From Mobula hypostoma (Eukaryota): 64,000 nucleotides of DNA. Shown in pieces: positions 50,750 to 62,985 of the stretch (positions within the stretch are counted from its first letter, which is position 1; each line of letters starts with the position of its first letter). The DNA lies in assembly GCF_963921235.1 (NCBI RefSeq), contig NC_086097.1, forward strand, positions 9,238,001-9,302,000, written 5' to 3'. The translations under genes and the position numbers were made by a program. A model generated the notes under the pieces. It was given only the letters and a program-made list of their open reading frames with translations. It searched no databases and was not told the DNA's origin.

Positions 50750-50896
50750 AATTTTAAAATGTTGTCACGTTTCAATAGTGTAGGCTTTGAAATGAAAGGT
50801 AAGGTTGGTGACATGGGTTGGCTGTTTACTTGTGGAGTTGTTTGCTGAGCCTGGAGGTTAGATCGCAAATGTTTCCTCACCAGCTGAGGTCAGGTC

Positions 50897-50927
<31 letters not shown>

Positions 50928-51878
50928 CAGATAGATAGATATACTTTATTGATCCCGAGGGAAACTGGGTTTCGTTACAGCTGCACCAACCAAGAATAGA
51001 GCATAAATATAGCAATACAAAAACCACAAACAATCAAACAACAATGCAAACTATGCCAGATGGAAAATAAGTCCAGGACCAGCCTATTGGCTCAGGGTGT
51101 CTGACCCTCCACAGGAGGAGCTGCAAAGTTCGATGGCCACAGGCAGGAATGACCTCCCGTGCTGCCCAGTGTTGTATTTTGGTGGAATACGAAGTCCAAC
51201 AACAAAAAGTTCCATATCCGGTCTACAAACACGTTCCTCAATCGTAATATGACCCGGATTGCACCATCTGTTGTTAACCAGAACAGTAAGCCCCCAACTC
51301 CTTTATGCTTACCACTCTTAGTGCACTTCCGGTCAACCCGAAAGGTTTGGAAGCCATCCATGGAAAAGTTTTGATAAGGTATATGCTCGTGCAGCCCCGG
51401 TAAAACACATAACACTGCACTCCTCAAATGTTCTCTGACGCCTGGCTAGCGCCATCAACTCGTCCATTTTATTACCCACCGAACTCCTCTTCTCCATAAG
51501 TCTCTGTTGTCTCGACCCAGTCCTCTTTCCTCACCTTTGTGATCCCCCTCTGCATCCTCTGAGTGTTTTCCTCCAGATTTCAGCAGGGGTGTCCGCCGTT
51601 CTCCCTCGCTAAACCGGCCGGCATAAGCGCAATCAGCTGGTCCCTGGAATAAACAATGCGACCATGCTGCTGCCCGGCTAATGAGATGTGTCGGAATGTA
51701 ACTATTTCCAGCGCTAAAAACCCAAATAAAACTCTTCTGTATCAGCATGTTAGAGAGGGTGCAGCTTCAACGTGTTACCGTGAAAAAAAAATACAACAAA
51801 TAACGTAAGTTAAGAAAGTAAGAATACTAGTCGGAACGGTTGTAACAGGCTGCATGCACGACCGGCGCATGCGCACTA
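50897..51878 (-). mobile_element. Internally deleted Rex1 derivative (5' UTR and endonuclease start fused to the 3' end)
   Basis: Endonuclease remnant FSMDGFQTFRVDRKCTKSGKHKG joined at about 51188 to a 3' end matching 33285-33535; (CTAT)n tail at 50897-50941. Confidence 0.85.
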
Positions 51879-53754
51879 ATATAAAGTCGGACCAATATCA
51901 ACATGAACACTTGGTAGAAATTAAACTCAATTGCTTGCAGATGATGTCATCTCACCTGGTGACTAAATGTTTATGACCTAACACCTAGGGTCAGCGAACA
52001 ACCCTAAAAACACTATGGTCTCTTTGGCCCAAAGTTTCGTGCTGACTACCATTATATTCTAAGGTCATCATTGCGATCAAAATATTTAAGATTTATGTTA
52101 TATGAACCATTTATGAAGGCTCACAGTCTAAAACATTGACTATTTATTCATTTCCATAGATGCTGCCTGACATGTGTGGAAATATATCTCCAAACCCCGA
52201 AGTCTTTATGAATTTATATCTTTCGTAGATTGTAATGTAACAAAATGGAACCAGTGCAATCCCAGAGTGCTTTTCTGGTTTGCTGATGGAGTTGTGTTCA
52301 GAAGCTTGCAAGAGTATGTGATTTATAACAGAGGGTGTTTTGACATTGCATGATTGAAAACAGAAAGAGCAGGACATAGTTGCTGGGGAAAGATGCCTCA
52401 AAGACAAATGGGCTTATTAAAGACAAATGCGGCTCATTCAAGACGAATCCAAGATAAAACATGAATACAATTAGCAGATGGAAGAACATCCAAAATGTGG
52501 ACTTATGAATTACTGGACTCTGTAAATGTATAAAAATGATTTGTTTTGAGCTGTAAGATTAAAGCTACCTATCAATGACTTAACATATGGAGGTAGTCTT
52601 CCTAAACGTGCATATCATTTGATCCATTCTTAAGTTTGTTGTGGTCTGTTACTGTATATTTAGGAGACCTAGCTGAACAGTATACAGCACCTGCTGAGTT
52701 TCTCCAGCATTTTTTGTGTGTTGCTTTGGATTTCCAGCATCTTAAGACTCTATTGTGTTAGTAAGTTCAGATGAACAGGTAAATGGAGCCACAAATATGG
52801 TTACAGGGGTGATTGATGGCAGCTTCACAAAGGATTACAAATAAAGTTAGAATAGTGTCATAGTGACTAGGAATGCCCAGTTTCTAATGTTTTAACTACT
52901 CTTTGAGATCTGAATGTGGTAATGAACCATTGCATTGAGTAATGGAGTAATCCAAGCTGAAAACAAGTCCTTCGGCTTCATTTCTTGAAATGTTTAATAA
53001 AACTGTTTCCTTACAGTTAGCAGTTCAAAGTCAACACAAACAGTGATACAGATAAAGACTGGATTGCCATATGACTTCAAGGAGAAATTATGGCTCATGA
53101 TTTTTCCGTGTGCTTGCTGATATTATCCTTCTGGGCAGTAGCTGTCAAAGTTGCCCTGGTGAGTTATTATGGCTAATACACAGGACATGTTTCAAGTAAA
53201 GCTAAAGGTGACAATCGGGCAACTTGTTTTGTTCTCCAGGATGTCACAAGTCTCCTGAAAGTTGTTGGAGCATCATTGCTTCAGTCATGTGGAAAATTTC
53301 CTTCACACTCCTGTCTTGTGCCTTTTAGGGATTAGTATGTCTTTGAGATACCTCTTGTAGGTCATTCACCATGGAATATCTAGATTCTGGGTTCAAAGCA
53401 GTTACTGACTGGTTACTTGTCCTATTGTGGCAGCTACACCAGTATTTTTAAATTGTATTTTTATTTGAACATACACTGTAAAATAGGCCATTCCGACCCT
53501 TTGAGCTGGACTCCGGATTTGACCCTAGCCTACAAAGACCAATTAACGTACTAACTGGTACATCTTTGCACAGTAAGAAGAAACCAAAGCATAGGGAGGA
53601 AGCCTACACTTTCCACTTTTCAGACTCCTTGCAGAAGACATTAAATTGAATTCCAAACTCCAACGGTCCAAACTGTAACAGCGTCACACTAACCGTCACG
53701 CTACCGTGGCACCTGATATTAAGGTAATACCACCAGGTTCTGTCATCAGAAGAG

Positions 53755-54590
53755 AAAACAACAACACAAAATTGTGTGTGTTGCTTGAAATTCTAGCATC
53801 TGCAGATCTCCCCGTGTTTGCGAACACAAAATTCTTCCTCATTTTACCTTACATTGTTGGCCTAGACATTCATTCCATTGGCAAATGAACTGCAAAGGCA
53901 AGGTGGGGTGGCACAAATGCTATTGTTCAGTGTGTTTAATATGACACGAATGGCCTAATTCTGCTCCTATATCTAATGGACTTATTGGAACATAATGTGG
54001 TGGTGGTAACAGAAACTTAGCTGAGAAAGGGGCAGTCGTGGGCATTCGATATTCCTGAATGTAAAGAGATCAGCAAAGAAAAAGGAAGGAAAATGAGGAG
54101 GAGGAGGAGCAATGGCAGTATTGATTAAAGAGAATATTGCAGTGAGGAAGAGGAAGGTGTCAAACACAGAATCTCTTTTATTGGAACAAATAAATGGCAA
54201 AGGCAATGTTAGATTGGTGTGTCTATTTTATTTTTATTTATTATGTTTGCAGATACAGCGTGGGACAGACCCTTCCGGCCCAATGAGCCACAGGGCCCAG
54301 CAAACCCCCAATTTAACCCTAGCCTAATCACAGGACAATTCACAATGACCAATTAACCCACCAACCAGTATGTCTCCGGACTGTGAGAGGAAACCGGAGG
54401 AAACCCACACAATCACGGAGAGAACATGCAGAATCTTTGCACATGGCCCAGAATTGAACTCAGAACTCTGAATCACCCTGAGCTGTAATAGCATCGTGCT
54501 AGCTGCTACGTTACCATGATGCCCAGGTATTCTGCGGGGCACCGATAAGCGGGAGAAATGAAGAGGAGAAACAATGAAGAAATGTGTAAG
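53755..54590 (+). repeat. Local duplication, copy B
   Basis: Collinear with 27180-28130; paralogous ORFs MAVLIKENIAV at 27637 and 54112. Confidence 0.8.
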
Positions 54591-55029
54591 CAGATTTCAG
54601 AAAAGTACAAAACCAAAAGGAAGCTTAAACTGGGGGTCTTTAATGTTTGAGCACACTCATAGATCTCCTGGAAGTTGCACCCCCTCAGTTTCAAGTCCAT
54701 AAGGCTCATTTCTCTTTGCCCTCATTACTTAGCCTCTACCCCTGTACTGGTAATATAAATCACCTTTCCAGTCATGGTCATGGGTAGATCAGTTATCACT
54801 ACTGATGCCCCTGAGTCCACTAACCTATTGCTTTGCCAGCAATGTACTAACAATGCTGGTGTGTACACTTGCAGGTCAGTAGTGCTGGCAATGGAGGCCA
54901 CCACAAGCTATTTGTTTGATCATCATTCCCATAATCCCTCTGCAATTGGATCCTCGGCTTCCTAACCGGAAGACGACAACCTGTGCAGATTGGTGACCCT
55001 TGTTGGTACTGTTGAAGTGTAACACCTTG

Positions 55030-57950
55030 GCATTAAATCCCATCTAACATTCTTCAGCTCATTTACCCAGCTGGTACAAGCTTTGATAGTCTTCCTCACT
55101 GTCTACTACACCCCTAATTTTGGTGTCATCCACAAATTTACTGAACCAGTGAACAACATTATCATCCAGATCGCAGATATACATGATAAACAACCATGGA
55201 CCCAGTACTGATCCCCACAGTGCTCCACGAGTCGCAGGCCTCCAGTCAGAGAGGCAACCATCTACTATCACCCACTGGCTTCTCCTACAAAGCTAACGAC
55301 TAATCGCTTTTACTACCACATCTTGAATGCCGTGTTACTGAACCTTGTTGACTATCCTCCCATGCGGGACCTGCTTTTACTTGCAATGCATTTCTTTTTT
55401 TTCATAGCAGTATCACTTGAAAACCAAGGTTCCTAAAATTGTTATCTTTACCTTTTATTCTGACAGGCAAATACGAGCTTTGTACCCTGAAAATTTCACT
55501 TTTGAAAGCCTCCTGTTTACGTGCTGTAGAATGGCACAGCTGAAGGTAGGCGACAACTTACTGGTGGCTCCCAAAGCAGGAAATACAACTAAATACTTAA
55601 TTAATAGTGCTTTATCTGTGAAAAATCCTAGGAAGTGATCACTGCGAAAAATGAAGAGGCATACAAAGGCAAGGCTGCATCAATGGTTGACGGAGTCAGT
55701 GAACGATCGGTGAGCGAGCTGGAGGCTTGGTTGAGACAGAGTCAGGGCACGTAAAGTGGTGCAAACAGGAAGTAAGTACTGGGCTGATTTGGAAAGATCA
55801 AGTAGGTGCCAGAACATGGTGGTGGGGTCCAGGCCAAAAGCATATCGAAGTGACAAGGCCAGGGTCCTAGGGCGATTTAAATGCTGGGCCAGCTGGTTCA
55901 AAAGACCAGGCGTCAGGACTAGAGGCGAGGGTCGGGTCAGTTCTGCTCGCTGCTCTGCAAAGTTTACTCTGCTCTTTTCTGCATTGAGGCTGTGGCCTGC
56001 TCCAACTGCTCCATATATCGCGACTGTGGGCTCTGCCATATTTACTCCACTATGTGCTGAACTGATTCTGAGGCTGTGGCCTGCTTCAGCTGCTCCGAGC
56101 TTCATGTCTAAGGACTCACTTTCATTCTAAATACTATTTGCTTACTTTTATTGTTTGCATGATTTGTTTTTTTTTTCTCTCCCTCTTTCTGCACCTTGAG
56201 TGTTTGTGTTTTTTATGGGTTCTTTTGAGTTTCTTGTTTCATGGCTGCCTGTAAGGAGACAAATCTCAAGGTTGTATAATGGTTACATACTTTGATAATA
56301 AATGTACTTTGAAATTTGAACCAAGTACAGCTTTGCCAGAAACAGTCTGTCCCAATCCACTCTTGCCGGATACCATTGAAATTGGTCTTTCCCTAATTTA
56401 GAATCTCAACCCACAGATCAGACCTACCTTTGTGCATATTTACTTTGAAACTAATGACATTATGATCACTAGATTCAGAGTGTTCCCCAAACAAATTTCT
56501 GTCACTTGCCCTATCTCATTCTTTAATAGCAGATCAAGTATTGCATACTCTCTCATTGGAAATTTTACGTACTCATTAATGAAACTTTCCTGAATATATT
56601 TCACAAACTCTATCCCATCTGGTCTGTTTATAGTGTGGGAGTCCCAGTCAATATCTGGACATTTAAAATCAACTTCTGTAACAATCTTATGTTCCCTGCA
56701 GTAGTCTGCCATCTCTCTATAATTTGTTCCTCTAAATCCTGCGGACTTGTGGGTGGTCTGTAATATAGCCCCATTAAAGTGGCCCTACCATTCTTATTCC
56801 TCAATTCCACCCACAAAGTTTCACTAGATGAGTTCTCCAGGGTGTCCTGACTGCCTCTCCCTTTAATCCCTCTCGATTTGTCGAATCTAAAGCAAAGGAA
56901 CCCCAAAATACTGAGCTGCCAGTCCTGCCCCTCCTGCAACCAAGTCTTACTAATGGCTACAATATCATAATTACAGGTGTTGATCCACGCCCTGTTTTCC
57001 ATCCCTACAACATCTCTTGCATTGAAATATATGCAGTTCAGGACACTAGTCGCACGATGCTCAATGGTTTGACTCCTGATTTTGTCTGAAGTCTTAACAA
57101 CATCTGTTTCCATTAACTGTTCTGATACTCTAGTTCCATCCCCCTTCACCTCTCATTTACATCCCCTCATGCTGCACCAGCAAACCTTTCCACTAGGGTA
57201 TTAGTCCCCTCCAGTTCAGGTGCAAACCATCACTTCTGAACAGGTCCTACCTTCCCTGGAAGAGAACCCAGCGATCCAAAAATCTGACACCCTTCCTCCT
57301 ACACCGACTCCTTAACCATGTACTAAACTATATAATCTTCCTATTTCTGGCCTCATTAGCATATGGCATGGGTAGCAATCCTGACAACACAAGCCCGGAG
57401 GTCCTGCTCTTTAACTTAGCACATAACTCCCTGAATTCCCTATGTAGGAGCTCATCACTCATTCTACCCATGTCATGGTTACCTACACGGACCACAACCT
57501 CTGGATGTTCTCCCCCTCACTTAAGAAGGCCGAGATGTTGTGGGTCCTGGCACCTGGGAGGCAACATACCATCCAGAAATATTGTTCTCACCCACAGAAC
57601 CTCCTTTCTGTTCCCCTAACTAATGAATCTTGTTCCCCTTTCTCTCTGAATCACAGAGCCAGACTCAGTGCCAGAGACCTGCTGTTACTTTTCCCTGCTA
57701 GGTCATACGCCCACCCCCCAACAGTATCCAAAGTGCTATACCTGTTATTGAGGAGGATGGCCACAAGGCTACTCTGCACTGGCTATTTAAACTCTTTCCC
57801 TTCCCTGACTGTTACCCAGCTTCATGTGTCCTGCACCTTGGGTGTAGCACCCCCTCTATATGTCCTATCTATCACAGCCTCAGACTCCCAAATGATCCAA
57901 AGTTCACCCAGTTCCAGCTCCATCTCCTTAACTTGGATTGCTGGAACTTC
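55030..57950 (-). mobile_element. Old fragmented CR1 (ORF1, endonuclease and RT remnants)
   Basis: LNCIYFNAR, YDIVAISKTWL, GLYYRPP, GSVLGP and SKFVDDTKI; interrupted by a LINE-tail element at about 55660-56322. Confidence 0.85.
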
Positions 57951-58969
57951 AGCTGAGAGAGCCCTATTGGCATCTGATGGAGTAACGCCGTTTCAGATTG
58001 CTCCTACCCTATTTACTTTATTGTCTCCTAACTGTTTTTTTGTTTGAAAGCTTATTATAATTCTTTAATACTGCTCTACTATGGCTTGGAAAAGAACAAA
58101 AGCTTCTGCAAAAGATAGGGAAACAGAAGATGAATCCCCAGTCACTTTGGATTCAATCAGCGACTTCCTTAAACGGCAAAAATCCGCATTCTCTGAGGAG
58201 TTTCAACGGCTTAATGGCAAATTGGATACAATCCAACAAACTTTAACTGAGCATGAGAACCGAATTCAGGAAAATACTGGAAAACTGGTGACACTTGAAG
58301 AGGATCTTGAAGATATATCTAAACTCTGCGAAGAGTTATCCTTATCCAGTGAAAAACTGATGAAAATAGAAACAGGAGAAATAACTTGCAAATTTTGGGT
58401 CTTGAAGAATCTATTGAAGGCACTGATCCTACGATGTTCTTTGCAAACTTTCTGAAGCAGCTATTCCCTGCTCTACTCACTTCTGAGCTGAAGTTAGATC
58501 AAGCTTTCGCTCGCCGACTTCGAAGCCATTGTCGTCGGCTGCTAGACCCAGGTCGGTCATTCTAAGTTTTCATGAATTTTGTATTAAGGACCTTTTAATG
58601 CGCCATACCTGTCGACAAGGAATGATCAGTTTCCATGGTTACAAGATTAGATTTGTGGAAAATTATTCACCTGAAGTTATGGCTGATCACATGAAACATA
58701 AAGAAGTTATGTCAGAATTTTATAATAAAGAATATAAACTATCCCTTCAGTTTCCCGCCCGTCTGAGTATTGTTTTGAAGAATGGATTGTGACAAAGAGT
58801 AAAGTCGGTTGAAGACACAAAGGAGTTTCTGAAGGATGAAGCCTAAAGCTGTTATATTTCTTATCTGATCAATTTTTTCCTCTGTTAACATGAATTTGAA
58901 ATAAGGTTTCAATAAGCCTACATTTTGGATGTCCATATATTGCTTTTTATTTTTTTGATACTTTTTTAT

Positions 58970-59595
58970 TAGATTATGAAGACATGTAGTCCTCTTTTAT
59001 TGTCATTTAGTAATGCATGCATTAAGAAATAATACAAAATTTCCTGCGGTGTGATATCACAAAACACAGGACAGACCAAGACTGAAAAAAACTAACAAAA
59101 CCACATAATTATAACATATAGTTACAACAGTGCAACAACACCATAACTTGATGACGAACAGTCCATGAGCACAGTAAAAAGTTCAAAGTCTCTCAAATGT
59201 CCCACATCTCACGCAGACGGGAGAAGGAAGAAAAACTCTCCCTGCCATGCTCGACCACAGTCTGACTCTGAATCGTCCGAAAACTTCGAGCCTCCGATCA
59301 GCTTTCCGACACCAAGTACCGAGCACCATCTCTATCTGAACGATTCAACCTCAATCTCAGTCGCCAACAGTAGGCAAAGCCGGGGATTTTGAGGCCTTCC
59401 CTCCGGAAGTTTCTCGATCGCGCAGTAACAACAGCAGCAAACGTGCATTTCAGAAATTTCTCCAGGATGTTCCTCTGTGCTTTCACATCTGTCTCTATCA
59501 ATTCAGAATTGTCCACGGTCCCTATTTAACGGATACAATATCATTTTCACCAGAGGGCTGCGCACACACAGCGTGCTGCTATCTCTCCTCCCGCT
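58970..59595 (-). mobile_element. Non-autonomous LINE-tail element in the L1 inter-ORF region
   Basis: Homologous to 38415-38920. Confidence 0.7.
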
Positions 59596-60814
59596 GATAT
59601 TATACAGTATCCCCTTTTGAGGCTTTATTTTAATATAGCTCTCTTTGAATCTATTTAAACTGATCCTTTTGTATTTTTGATTACTGAGTTATTTTTCTTT
59701 TTATGTTGTCTCTTGGTAGGGACATATTTGACCTTGTAGGATTGGAATTTCTGTCAACAGGATTTTTTAGGATGGGAACTTAGTTGTTAGCTCACTGATT
59801 GTCTATTAGTCAGCCTTCTTGCTTTGGGTGGGGGAGAGGGAAGGTCCTAGTTCTCTCTGGGAGCTGTGTTGGGTTGGTTATATGATTGTTTGTTTGACTA
59901 CCTTACCTTACGGTTTGCTTTCTAGCTTTAATAACTTATGGCCAGAACTTTTAACTACATGAAGATTTGTATTTAAAATGGTTCAAAATATTAACTTACT
60001 TAGTCTGAATGTGAAAGGGTTGAATCACCCCATTAAACAGAACAAAGTGTTTGCTTATATTAAAAAATTAAAAGCACCCATTATTTTCTTACAAGAAACG
60101 CACATACACAGCTGTGATAGCTTACGTTTGCTTACTGGATGGAAGGGTATGCAATTCCACTCTTAGTTTAATGCAAATTCACGCGGAGTTTCAATTTTGG
60201 TAGATAATACAGTTTCCTTTGTTCAGCATAAAGTTGTTTCTGATCCTAATGGTTGATTTGTTATTGTATCAGGGAGTTTAGACAGTAGATTGATAGTTTT
60301 TGCTAATGTATATGCCCTTAACGTAGATGATCCTGGATTTTTTTGAACGACTATTCTTGTTTTTGCCGGATTTGTGTACTTACTCTCTTGTGGTGGGAGG
60401 AGATTTTAACTGCTGGTCAGATCCAGTATTAGATCGCTCATCTGTCAAACCAGCCACACTTAATAAATCAGCTTTGTTTATCCATATAGTTGATGCTTGG
60501 CATTTTCTTCATCCGACAGACAGGGTTTATTCTTTTTTCTTTCATGTCCATCATTCTTATACCAGGATTGATTATTTCTCTGTTGACAGTCAAATGATTC
60601 CATTGGTTCGATCAATCGAATATAAAGAGATTGCTTTCTCTGACCACTCTCCTGTACTTCTATCTTTAAATCTCCCTGGTCCTACCCCTATGAGTAGACT
60701 TTGGCGATTTAATTTAACTGTGTTATCTGATGAGGAGTTATTAAGATTTATGGAAAATCAAATTACTCTTTTTTTTGAAGCAAATACTTTAGAAGAGACG
60801 TCTAGTCTTATTAT

Positions 60815-62985
60815 GTGGAAAGCGGCCAACGAGTGAGTGGGCCAGTGAAGGAGTGGAGCTTTGAGGCTTTGACTCAAGAGATTTTGGCAGTTTTGGCAGT
60901 TGGTCTGTGCAATCAAGTCAATCAAGATTTGAATAGCTCAGACTCAGCAGAAAGCAGCTGATTGGGCAATCGAGGTCAGGTGACCAAGCATTTTGAAAAG
61001 CTCAAACAGATAAATGGAGGGATAACTCAAGCGAAGTGGCCTGTGGAAAGCGGCCAGTGAGTGAATGGGCCAGTGAAGGAGTGAAGCTTTGAGGCTTTGA
61101 CTCGAGAGGTTTCGATGAGAAGAGGCGGAGGACAAGCTTGCTTGCAGTTAGTCTTTACAATGCCTCCTGAGACGGTGATGTGCCTCTCATGTGAGATGTG
61201 GCAGTATTGGGGGAACACCCCTCTACCGCAGAGTCACATTTGCCAGAAGTGCATATGGCTCGGCGATCTGGAAGACCGTTTAAGGAATCTGGAGCAGCAG
61301 CTGGATGACCTTCGACACATAAGGGTGAATGAGGCAGTCATAGATGAGAGCTACAGGGAGGTAGTCGCACCTAGGCTGTCGGAAGCAGGTCGTTGGGTGA
61401 CAGTCAGAGGGGGGAAAGCGAAGGTGAGCAGACAGGTAGTGCAGAGCACCCCTGTAGCCATTCCCCTGAATAATAACGTTACCATCCTGGATACTGTTGG
61501 TGGGGATGACCAACCAGGTGTGAGGCACGATGGCAGGGCTTCCGGCACTGAGTCTGACCCTGTGGTGCAAAAGGGTAGGACGGAGAAGAGGAGAGCTGTC
61601 GTCATTGGAGACTCTATAGTCAGGGGAGCAGACAGGAGATTTTGTGGACGTGAGAAGGACACCCGCATGGTTTGTTGCCTCCCGGGTGCCAGGGTCCAGG
61701 ATGTCTCTGACCAGGTGCACGACATCCTGGTAGAAGAGGGAAAGCAACCAGAAGTCGTGATACATGTTGGGACCAACGACATAGGCAGGAAGAGGGATGA
61801 GGTCCTGAAGTGTGAGTTTCGGGAACAAGGCAGAAAGCTGAAGAACAGGACCTCAAGGATGGCGTTTTCAGTATTATTACCAGTGCTACGTGACAGTGAT
61901 GTTAAGAATTGGAGGAGATGGAAGTCGAATGCGTGGCTGAGGAGTTGGTGCAGGGAGCAGGGTTTTAGATTTTTGGATCATTGGGATCACTTCTGGGGAA
62001 GGTGGGACCTGTACAGATTGGATGGGTTGCACCTGAACTCGAGGGGGAGCAATATCCTTGCAGGTAGGTTTGCTAGCATGGTTCGGGAGGGTTTAAACTA
62101 ATTTGCAAGGGGGATGGGACCCAGAGCGATAGAGCAGTGAAAGAAGTGCATGGAGTAAAGCCAGATCTAACATATAGAGAGGCTTTGAGGAAAGAGAAGC
62201 AGAATAAACGGTGTAAATATAGTAAGGGAGAAGGGCTGAAATGTGTGTACCTCAATGCAAGAAGCATCAGGAACAAAGGTGATGAACTGAGAGCTTGGAT
62301 ACATACATGGAATTATGATGTCGTGCCATTACAGAGACTTGGCTGGCACTAGGGCAGGAATGGATTCTCAATATTCCAGGATTTCAGTGCTTTAAAAAGG
62401 ATAGAGAGGGGGGAGAAAGGGGAAGAGGGGTGGCATTACTGGTCAAGGATACTATTACAGCTACTGAAAGGGTGGGTAATGTAGCAGGATCCTCTTTTTG
62501 AGTCAGTTTGGGTGGAAGTCAGGAACAGGAAGGGAGCAGTTACTCTATTGGGGGTATTCTATAGGCCCCCTGGTAGCAGCAGAGATACAGAGGAGCAGAT
62601 TGGGAGCCAGATTTTGGAAAGGTGCAAAAAGATGAGAGGAGACATGATAGAGGTGTAAAAGATAATAAGAGGAATAGATAGAGCGGATAGCCAGCGCCTC
62701 TTCCCCAGGGGACCACTGCTCAATACAAGAGGACATGGCTTTAAGGTAAGGGGTGGGGAGTTCAAGGGGGAAATTAGAGGAAGGTTTTTTACTCAGAGAG
62801 TGGTTGGTGTGTGGAATGCACTGCCTGAGTCAGTGGTGGAGGCAGATACACTAGTGAAGTTTAAGAGGCTACTAGACATGTATATGGAGGAATTTAAGGT
62901 GGGGGTTTATCTGGGAGGCAGGGTTTGAGGGTCGGCACAACATTGTGGGCCAAAGGGCCTGTACTGTGCTGTCCTATTCAATTTC
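60815..62985 (+). mobile_element. CR1 with both ends, intact ORF1 and most of ORF2 deleted, inserted in L1 ORF2
   Basis: TSD tattat (60809-14 and 62986-91) restores the L1 reading SSLIIWDTFK; deletion junction at 62630/62631. Confidence 0.9.
61160..62101 (+). CDS. CR1 ORF1 protein (zinc finger, leucine zipper, SGNH esterase)
   Basis: CLSC...CQKC, heptad leucines, VIGDSIVR, HVGTND and DGLHLN; uninterrupted; the ORF track starts upstream at 61097. Confidence 0.9.
   Translation: MPPETVMCLSCEMWQYWGNTPLPQSHICQKCIWLGDLEDRLRNLEQQLDDLRHIRVNEAVIDESYREVVAPRLSEAGRWVTVRGGKAKVSRQVVQSTPVAIPLNNNVTILDTVGGDDQPGVRHDGRASGTESDPVVQKGRTEKRRAVVIGDSIVRGADRRFCGREKDTRMVCCLPGARVQDVSDQVHDILVEEGKQPEVVIHVGTNDIGRKRDEVLKCEFREQGRKLKNRTSRMAFSVLLPVLRDSDVKNWRRWKSNAWLRSWCREQGFRFLDHWDHFWGRWDLYRLDGLHLNSRGSNILAGRFASMVREGLN

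Noticed and set aside
540..54525. tRNA genes
   Set aside because: All tRNA-like sequences are degenerate SINE heads with no intact cloverleaf
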